From an uncultured Acidimicrobiaceae bacterium (GTDB taxonomy: Bacteria > Actinomycetota > Acidimicrobiia > Acidimicrobiales > Salinilacustritrichaceae), in the NCBI GenBank assembly GCA_963747745.1, contig CAVVGJ010000022.1, positions 362,641 through 386,640 of the forward strand: DNA of 24,000 nucleotides. The letters run 5' to 3'. A model generated the notes under the pieces. It was given only the letters and a program-made list of their open reading frames with translations. It did no database searches and was not told where the DNA came from. Position numbers and translations under genes: made by a program. Position 1 is the stretch's first letter; the number at the start of each line of letters is the position of its first letter. Positions 8,240-16,491 of this stretch are shown here, one piece after another.

Positions 8240-9483
8240 ACGCGAGCCGGCGCCCGTGGGCGGGACGGTCGCACGCCGAGCTCGCCGAGCTGACCCGCGA
8301 GCTGCTCCTCGCCGGCCATCTCATCGACCGGGCCGGCATGCCGCACCTGATCTCCGCCCTCGGCCGCGAGGGCATGCGGGATGTCGCCATCGCCGAGTGG
8401 ATGGCGGCCAGCCCGGTGTACACGACACGGATGCAGCGCCTGCTCGGCTTCGAGGGCACCAGCGTCGAGACCATCTTCAAGGGCATGCAACTCGACATCG
8501 GGGCCCCGCCGGAGTTCATGGACTTCCGCTTCGAGATCGGCGACGAGCACAACGGCAGCTTCCACCTCGACCACTGCGGCGCCCTGATGGACGTCGAACC
8601 GATGGGCGACGACTACGTCGTCACCATGTGTCACCACATCGAGGACCCCACCTTCGACGCCACCGCCGCGGCCACCGACCCGCGTGCCCGCGTCCGCCCG
8701 GTGCACCGCCCACCACGGACACCCGCCGACCGGCATCCGCACTGCGCCTGGACGGTCACCATCGATCCAGAGGCCGACCCCGTCCCGACGCCGGCGGGTG
8801 CCGTCCAGCTCGCCGGGTCGCAGGCCGCGACGATTGCGCTGGCCCCGCCCGACCCGGGCCTACCGACGGACGACGGCTGGGCGGACTACGGCGGTCGGTT
8901 CGACCCCGACCTGGTCCTCGAACGGTTCTCGTCGGCGACGCTGTCGGCCATCGCCGACGAGGTGGCGTTGCAGGGCCAGCTGCTCTCCCGCGCCTTCCTG
9001 GTCGAGCTGACCGACCGGGTCGCCGCCGACCAGGCCGCCGCCATCGGCATCGAGGCGGCGACCGGGATCGCCGGGCTCACCAGCAAGCGCCTCGGCGCGG
9101 CACTCGACGCCCCGGCGACACTCGCCGGTCTGGCCCGCGTGCTGGCCGTCCATCCGCTGCTCCTGCCGGCCACCTACGTGGCAGTCGACGTGGTGGACGC
9201 GGGCGACGAGTTGGTGGTGACGCTCGACGACTGCCCCGCGCTGGCCGAAACCGACGGCTGCACGTGGGGCGCATTGCTCGCCGGACCAGGAGGCGACGCC
9301 ATCCTCCGCAGCATGGCGGTGTGCCTGGTGCCGACGGCAACGGTCCAACGGACTGCGCCCGGTTCGGCGGCGGCTCGATGGTCGGTGCGCCTCGGCGCGG
9401 GGGAGCCGGCCGACCAGCCCGACGCCGTGACCCTCACCGAGTTCTCGACCGGGGCCGATTTCCGGTTCGCGAGGCGAGGCTGA
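8236..9483 (+). CDS. Hypothetical protein with two related domains; the N-terminal copy carries a Cys/His cluster
   Basis: GTG 8236 (GTGA overlap with the CMD stop). 415 aa in a clean frame. MDFRFEIGDEHNGSFHLDHCGAL (aa 95-117) parallels YVAVDVVDAGDELVVTLDDCPAL (aa 313-335). Cys/His positions: HLDHC, MCHH, HPHC (nt 8563-8745). I cannot assign a family with confidence. Confidence 0.7.
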   Translation: MNASRRPWAGRSHAELAELTRELLLAGHLIDRAGMPHLISALGREGMRDVAIAEWMAASPVYTTRMQRLLGFEGTSVETIFKGMQLDIGAPPEFMDFRFEIGDEHNGSFHLDHCGALMDVEPMGDDYVVTMCHHIEDPTFDATAAATDPRARVRPVHRPPRTPADRHPHCAWTVTIDPEADPVPTPAGAVQLAGSQAATIALAPPDPGLPTDDGWADYGGRFDPDLVLERFSSATLSAIADEVALQGQLLSRAFLVELTDRVAADQAAAIGIEAATGIAGLTSKRLGAALDAPATLAGLARVLAVHPLLLPATYVAVDVVDAGDELVVTLDDCPALAETDGCTWGALLAGPGGDAILRSMAVCLVPTATVQRTAPGSAAARWSVRLGAGEPADQPDAVTLTEFSTGADFRFARRG

Positions 9484-9647
9484 CCGAACACGCCAGGGCG
9501 CCGGCGACGACCATCGTCGGTACCTCGCGGGTGAACGCCTTCGTCGTGGGCACGGGCTGGCCCTACCCGGCACCCGGTTCCGGCCATGCACCCCCGAGAT
9601 TCGTGCGTGGGCGTCGACGGTCGGCTCCGAGATCAGTGCCGCGATCG

Positions 9648-9884
9648 TCAGCCAAGGGTGATGGCGATCTCGATCTCGTCGCCGTCACGTCCGACGGCGT
9701 CCGCGATCACCGCCCGCACCGTGGCCGCGCCATCGAACAGGTCTCGCACCTGGGCTCGAACGCCGGGTAGGTCGGGCACCTCGAGCATCCACCGCGCGCC
9801 GCTGTCGATCCGGACCGCAACGACCTGGAACGGTTTCCACGAAGTTGCGGGGCACGCAGAATCGCTCGGGTGCACGATGGCCAT
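9648..9884 (-). CDS. HicB-like / UPF0150-fold small protein (antitoxin-like), apparently without a partner
   Basis: 78 aa. FQVVAVRIDSGARWMLEVPDLPGVRAQVRDLFDGAATVRAVIADAV matches the HicB N-domain pattern (Y.V.v...dg.W.a.vPdlPG..tqg.tl.ea...vreaIa). The start is ambiguous (ATG 9884 or GTG 9875). Confidence 0.5.
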   Translation of the reverse strand: MAIVHPSDSACPATSWKPFQVVAVRIDSGARWMLEVPDLPGVRAQVRDLFDGAATVRAVIADAVGRDGDEIEIAITLG

Positions 9885-9981
9885 ACCCCGACCCTAGATA
9901 CGGGCGGCCGCCGGGGTGAGGGCCGAAGGTCCCGGCAATGCGGACCGATCGTCCGCGATCGTTCCCGATGCTCGTCCGGGC

Positions 9982-10350
9982 TCACGCCGCCACGAGTGCG
10001 TCGATCTGGTCGATGGCCGACGATGCGCCTTCGACGACGCCCATCTCGAGCACCTTCTCCACCGCGAAGCCGTCCTCGAACGCGAAGCTGCTGGGCTCGT
10101 CGACCTCGGTGATCCGCCACCAGCCGTAGTACTTCTCACCGTCGGGGGAGGTCATGTAGTAGTGGGCTCGACCGCCGGGTGTCAGGTCGTGGTCGACGAA
10201 GGTGGCGGGATGCGAGGGCGGTCCGAAGACCTGCTCGAGCTGTCGGGGATCGGCGTAGATCTGCCAGATCCGCTCGACGGGGGCGGCGAACTCGGCCGTG
10301 ATGGTGAGAGCGAGGGTCTCGAGATCGTGGGTGACGTCGGTGACGGGCAT
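9982..10350 (-). CDS. SRPBCC / AHSA1 (Activator of Hsp90 ATPase homolog 1-like) family protein, unusually short
   Basis: ATG 10348-10350 lies 4 nt after the ArsR stop, with AGGAG upstream. MPVTDVTHDLETLALTITAEFAAPVERIWQIYADPRQLEQVFGPP...GGRAHYYMTSPDGEKYYGWWRITEVDEP is typical of ArsR-linked AHSA1 proteins. The upstream part of ORF 9982..10743 overlaps ArsR in another frame. Confidence 0.8.
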   Translation of the reverse strand: MPVTDVTHDLETLALTITAEFAAPVERIWQIYADPRQLEQVFGPPSHPATFVDHDLTPGGRAHYYMTSPDGEKYYGWWRITEVDEPSSFAFEDGFAVEKVLEMGVVEGASSAIDQIDALVAA

Positions 10351-10354
10351 GGGA

Positions 10355-10708
10355 CTACTCCTGGTCGTGTCGGGGGTCGTTGCCGATGAGTTCATCGATG
10401 CGGGCGACTCGGCCGCGCCAGAGGTCCTCGAGCTCGTCGAGCATCGACGCAACTGATCGGACCGCCTCCACCTCGCCGTGGGCGAGTTGCTCGCGACCGC
10501 GGCGGCGCTTGCTGAGCAGTCCTGCTCGCTCGAGCACCGCCACGTGCTTCTGGACGGCGGCGAAGGACATGTCGTAGTCCGCGGCGAGCGCCGAGACCGA
10601 GTGCTCGCCCACGAGGACACGTCGAAGGACATCGCGACGGGTGCGGTCGGCCAGGGCGTGGAACAGCGCGTCGGCTTGCTCCTCGTCGACGCTGGTCGCC
10701 ATGGCCAT
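10355..10708 (-). CDS. ArsR/SmtB family transcriptional regulator
   Basis: 117 aa. ALFHALADRTRRDVLRRVLVGEHSVSALAADYDMSFAAVQKHVAVLERAGLLSKRRRGRE is a winged-HTH ArsR signature. It forms a pair with the downstream SRPBCC gene. Confidence 0.9.
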   Translation of the reverse strand: MAMATSVDEEQADALFHALADRTRRDVLRRVLVGEHSVSALAADYDMSFAAVQKHVAVLERAGLLSKRRRGREQLAHGEVEAVRSVASMLDELEDLWRGRVARIDELIGNDPRHDQE

Positions 10709-10716
10709 GGCTCACA

Positions 10717-10740
10717 ACATACAACCGATTGGTTGTATGT
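10717..10740. promoter_or_regulatory. Perfect 10-4-10 palindrome, candidate ArsR operator
   Basis: ACATACAACC-GATT-GGTTGTATGT (10717-10740), AT-rich in a GC-rich context. It lies 8 nt upstream of the ArsR start codon (10706-10708, minus) and 16 nt after the stop of the upstream DUF4118 gene. Confidence 0.6.
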
Positions 10741-10756
10741 CAAGCGCTCTCTGTCC

Positions 10757-11524
10757 TCACCGTTCCGGCGACGTGCTGCTCGAGCTCCTGGCGTCCGAGA
10801 TCGTGGCGCCGAGCAGGTCGGCCAGGGTGATGGCGAGGACTCGTTGTTCGTGGGTCACGGGCGTCCGACGTCGAGGCATCAGCCGGAGCTGGCCCACGAC
10901 CTGGCCGTGGTGATGGACGGCGAGGTCGGCTCCCTCGGGCGGGAGGTGGTCGGTGGGTTTGCCGTCGGCGTGGAGCAGCTGTGCGTTGTGATGAAGTGCG
11001 GCCCCGGTGCTCTCGGCCGGCACAGGTGTGAATCGCGTCGACGACAGGTCGAGCTCGGCGGAGAGCTCGATGTCGATCGCCGTCAGCAGATCGTCCAGCG
11101 GTGCGCCCGTGGCGACGAGTTCGGCGACGTGGTGGACGCGCTGGACGGTGTAGCGACGGTGCCGGGCGTCGCGCTGGCTGCGAAGGCGGTGTTGGGTGAT
11201 CTCGCCGACGGCGAGACCGACGGCGACGAGGAGGACGGTCGAGACGATGTCCTCGCGCCGGTCGATGGCGAGGCTTCCGTAGGGCCGGGTGTGGATGGCG
11301 TTGAAGACGATCGCAGCTGTCACCGCGGTCGTGGCGCCGGCCAGGCGCCCGCCGATCGCGCCCGCGGCGACGATCACGACGACGAGGACGAGGGCCACGT
11401 TGGCATTGCCGAGCCAGTCCCTCGCGGGCTGCAGGACGATCGCGGTGCCGGCTGCGGCGGCGGCGCCGATGCCGGCGGCGGTGACCGGCCCAGCCAGGTG
11501 CCAGTGGCGGCGGACGAACGTCAC
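10757..11524 (-). CDS. DUF4118 (KdpD-type membrane domain) plus GAF-like domain protein, with no kinase core
   Basis: Start set at GTG 11522-11524, which overlaps the stop of the upstream small ORF (GTGA). NANVALVLVVVIVAAGAIGGRLAGATTAVTAAIVFNAIHTRPYGSLAIDRREDIVSTVLLVAVGLAVGEI parallels the KdpD membrane segment in this window (FLLYQAVVIIAAVVGGAAPAVAAALFASAALNWYFTPPFHTWTVDEPENALALVVFLIVGVLASLL). The C-terminal roughly 130 aa are GAF-like. The upstream part of ORF 10757..11860 is Arg/Pro-rich and discounted. Confidence 0.7.
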   Translation of the reverse strand: MTFVRRHWHLAGPVTAAGIGAAAAAGTAIVLQPARDWLGNANVALVLVVVIVAAGAIGGRLAGATTAVTAAIVFNAIHTRPYGSLAIDRREDIVSTVLLVAVGLAVGEITQHRLRSQRDARHRRYTVQRVHHVAELVATGAPLDDLLTAIDIELSAELDLSSTRFTPVPAESTGAALHHNAQLLHADGKPTDHLPPEGADLAVHHHGQVVGQLRLMPRRRTPVTHEQRVLAITLADLLGATISDARSSSSTSPER

Positions 11525-11721
11525 CGACCGCCTCCGAGGATCGAAACGCTGGCCAGGACCGCGAAGCCGATGCCGGCGATTGCCATTCCGCCGGCGACGT
11601 GACCGAGGGCAGCGGCGACGAGCCCGAACAGCACGATGCCGATGTCGTAGGCGGCGCAGATCCGGTGAAGCAGGCGGTTGTCGGCCGGGCTGAGTCGGTT
11701 GTCGGATGGGTGTTCGCGCAT
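11521..11721 (-). CDS. Small (66 aa) predicted two-TM membrane protein
   Basis: ATG 11719-11721 is preceded by GGAGG (complement of 11730-11734) at 8-nt spacing. Hydrophobic core: IGIVLFGLVAAALGHVAGGMAIAGIGFAVLASVSIL. Stop is coupled (GTGA) to the DUF4118 gene. Confidence 0.55.
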   Translation of the reverse strand: MREHPSDNRLSPADNRLLHRICAAYDIGIVLFGLVAAALGHVAGGMAIAGIGFAVLASVSILGGGR

Positions 11722-11778
11722 CGGTGTCGCCTCCGATGACCGGTGTACCGAGGAACCGGCGCCATGGACATATGGGCG

Positions 11779-11842
11779 GCGTCAAGGTCTCGGAGGGTCG
11801 CGTCAAGGTCTCGTCAAGACCGTTCCCTGGGGTCTCGGAGGG
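11779..11842. promoter_or_regulatory. Direct-repeat cluster in the divergent kdp control region (candidate response-regulator boxes)
   Basis: GCGTCAAGGTCTCG at 11779-11792 and 11800-11813 (21-bp phase). GTCAAG hexamers at 11781, 11802 and 11813; the last two are 11 bp apart. GGTCTCGGAGGG at 11786-11797 and 11831-11842. Confidence 0.4.
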
Positions 11843-11889
11843 GCGATACACCGGGCGCATGAGCGGGACTCGAGCGAGGAGCCGGACGA

Positions 11890-12000
11890 ATGGCTGACGT
11901 GGTGGTCGTGGTGGTGCTGATCGTGTTCTTCATGGTGGGCGCGCTGTACGTCCGTGGCTGCGATCGGCTCATCGAGGACGACGCGAAGGACCGTCGGTGA
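11890..12000 (+). CDS. Unlisted 36-aa hydrophobic micropeptide upstream of kdpF
   Basis: ATG 11890 is preceded by GAGGAG (11876-11881). Product: [36 protein letters not shown], one TM helix plus a charged tail. The stop TGA 11998-12000 shares its A with the kdpF ATG. It is below the ORF-track length cutoff. Confidence 0.4.
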   Translation: MADVVVVVVLIVFFMVGALYVRGCDRLIEDDAKDRR

Positions 12001-12101
12001 TGGTGCTCGGCATGACATTCGACGATGCCCTGGGGCTGGCCCTGGCGGTGGTGCTGGCGGTCTTCCTGATCGTCGCGCTGCTCTTCCCGGAGCGGTTCTG
12101 A
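12000..12101 (+). CDS. kdpF: K+-transporting ATPase subunit F
   Basis: 33 aa: [33 protein letters not shown]. This is the characteristic single TM helix ending in PERF. The stop TGA 12099-12101 overlaps the kdpA ATG. GTG 11997 is an alternative start. Confidence 0.75.
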   Translation: MVLGMTFDDALGLALAVVLAVFLIVALLFPERF

Positions 12102-13815
12102 TGGGTTCGGCGTCGTTCATCCAGCTTGCGCTGCTCGGGGTGGCACTGATGGTGACGGTCCCGTTGTTGGGCCGTTACCTGGCTGCGGTCTACGGGGCCG
12201 AGGCCGGTGAGCGCAGCCGATGGGGTGACCGGTGGTTCGGACCGGTCGAGCGGCTGGTGTACCGGCTGACCGGGGTGGACGAGTCGCGTGAGCAGCGGTG
12301 GAGCGTCTATGCCCTGTCGTTGCTGGCGTTCAGCCTCACGAGTGTCCTGTTCCTGTACGGCTTGTTGCGGCTGCAGGGCGTGCTGCCGCTGAACCCGACC
12401 GATCGCGGCGCGGTGACCCCGGGCGTGGCGTTCAACACGGCGGTCAGCTTCATGACCAACACGAACTGGCAGGTCTACGGAGGCGAATCGACGCTCAGCC
12501 ACCTGTCGCAGATGCTGGGCCTGACCGTGCAGAACTTCGTGTCTGCGGCGGCCGGCATGGCGGTCGTGGTGGCGATCATCCGCGGCATCACCAGGCGGGG
12601 CCAGGACACGGTCGGCAACTTCTGGGTCGATCTGACCCGCACGATCGTGCGGGTCCTGCTCCCGCTGTCGTTCGTCGTCGCGGTGGCGCTCGCGTCGCAG
12701 GGTGTGATCCAGAACTTCGGTGGGTTCGAACCCGTGCCGGCGCTGGACGGCACGGCGCAGGTGATCCCGGGTGGACCGGTGGCGTCCCAGGAGGCGATCA
12801 AGCAGCTCGGCACCAACGGCGGCGGCTTCTTCAACGCGAACTCGGCGTCACCGTTGGAGAACCCGACGCCGGTGTCGAACCTGATCGAGAACTGGGCGAT
12901 CCTCGCCCTGCCGTTGGCGTTCCCCCTCGCGTTCGGCCGGCTGGTCGGTGATCGCCGCCAGGGCCGTGTCCTGCTCGCGGTGATGGCCGGCCTGTGGCTG
13001 GTCACCGTGGCCGTGGCGACGTTCGCCGAGACCGGCGGCAACGCCGCAGTCGGCCCGGGCGTGGACCAGGCGATCTCGTCGGATCTGTCGGGTGGCGGCT
13101 ACCTCGAGGGCAAGGAGCTGCGCTTCGGAACTGCGGGTTGCGGCGTGTGGGCGGCGAGCACGTCGGGGACGTCGAACGGATCGGTGAACTGCATGCACGA
13201 CTCGATGACCGCGACCGGCGGCGCCGTGCCACTGACCAACATCCTGCTGGGCGAGGTGAGCCCGGGCGGGGTGGGTGTCGGGCTGATGAGCCTGTTGGTG
13301 TTCGCGTTGCTGGCAGTGTTCATCGCCGGCTTGATGGTGGGGCGCACGCCCGAGTACCTGGGCAAGAAGGTCCAGGCGGCCGAGATCAAGTTGGCGATGC
13401 TGTTCCTGCTCGCTCCGGCCGCCATGATCCTCGGCCTGGCGGGGGCATCGGTCGTGGTGGGCGCGGGGCGGGCGGCCATCCAGGATCCCGGTCCGCACGG
13501 GTTGACGGAGGTCCTCTACGCCTTCGGGTCCGGTGCCGGGAACAACGGCTCGGCCTTCGCCGGTCTGGCCAGCGGGCAGACGTGGTACTCGACGACGGTC
13601 GCGGCCGCGATGTTGGTCGGGAGGTTCTTCCTCATCATCCCGGCCCTGGCGATCGCGGGATCGCTCGGTCGCAAGCAGGTCGTCCCGGCCACCGACGGCA
13701 CGTTCCCGACGCACACGGCCTTGTTCGGGGGCCTGGTCACGGGCGTCGTCGTGATCGTGGCCGGCCTCACCTTCTTCCCCGCACTGGCGCTGGGCCCCAT
13801 CGCGGAGGCACTGCG

Positions 13816-13819
<4 letters not shown>
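12101..13819 (+). CDS. kdpA: K+-transporting ATPase subunit A (channel-like subunit)
   Basis: ATG 12101 within ORF 11954..13819. 572 aa, polytopic. Typical KdpA features: [57 protein letters not shown]. Confidence 0.95.
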
Positions 13820-15914
<2,095 letters not shown>

Positions 15915-15915
<1 letters not shown>

Positions 15916-16487
15916 TGCTGCGCCAACTGCGCCCGGCCATCGTCAGCCTCGTGCTGCTCACCGTCCTCACCGGCGTCGCCTACCCGCTCTCGATCACCGG
16001 CGTGGCCCAACTGGGCTTCGGCCACCAGGCCAACGGGTCGACGATCACGGTCGACGGCACCGTCGTCGGCTCGGCGCTGCTCGCCCAGCCCTTCACCGGC
16101 GACGAGTGGTTCCAGCCCCGACCCTCGGCGGTCGGTTACGACGCCACGGCGAGCGGCGGCTCCAACCTCGGGCCGACCAACCCGGCGCTGCTCGCAACGA
16201 TCGAGCAGCGGGCGCAGGACTACCGGCTTCGCAACGGCCTCGACGACGGTGTTCCGGTGCCGATCGACGCCGTCACCACGTCGGCGTCGGGTCTCGACCC
16301 CCACATCTCCCCCCGCAACGCCCGGCTCCAGGCCCCCCGGGTCGCGGCCGTCCGCGACCTGAGCCTCGGCACGGTCCTACGACTCGTGGACGACAGCACC
16401 GAACAACGCACGCTCGGCGTGCTCGGCGAAACCCGGGTCAACGTCGTCCGACTCAACGCCGCATTGGCCGAAGTGATGGCACGCTGA
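15915..16487 (+). CDS. kdpC: K+-transporting ATPase subunit C
   Basis: ATG 15915 overlaps the kdpB stop (TGATG). 190 aa with an N-terminal TM helix. GGSNLGPTNPAL and SASGLDPHISP are typical KdpC motifs. Confidence 0.95.
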
Positions 16488-16491
16488 GCCG

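Noticed and set aside
9484-9647. 164-bp gap after the 415-aa gene, examined for a HicA-like toxin, a small ORF or a terminator. It includes the CGACGA-cca-TCGTCG hairpin at 9505-9519.
   Set aside because: None of the three minus-strand frames gives a HicA-like or otherwise recognisable peptide. The hairpin is only 6 bp with a 3-nt loop and no U-tract, too weak to call.
11722-11889. Possible c-di-AMP (ydaO/kimA-type) or other riboswitch in the kdp leader
   Set aside because: The region is short, and direct repeats plus the SD of the micropeptide ORF occupy most of it. I could not find the pseudo-symmetric conserved ACGGGG/CCCGA-type cores. A covariance-model scan (Rfam) would be the decisive test.
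12722-12733. GGGTTCGAACCC, a tRNA T-arm-like palindrome
   Set aside because: It lies inside kdpA, where it encodes part of FGGFEPVP. No acceptor, D or anticodon arms can be built around it.
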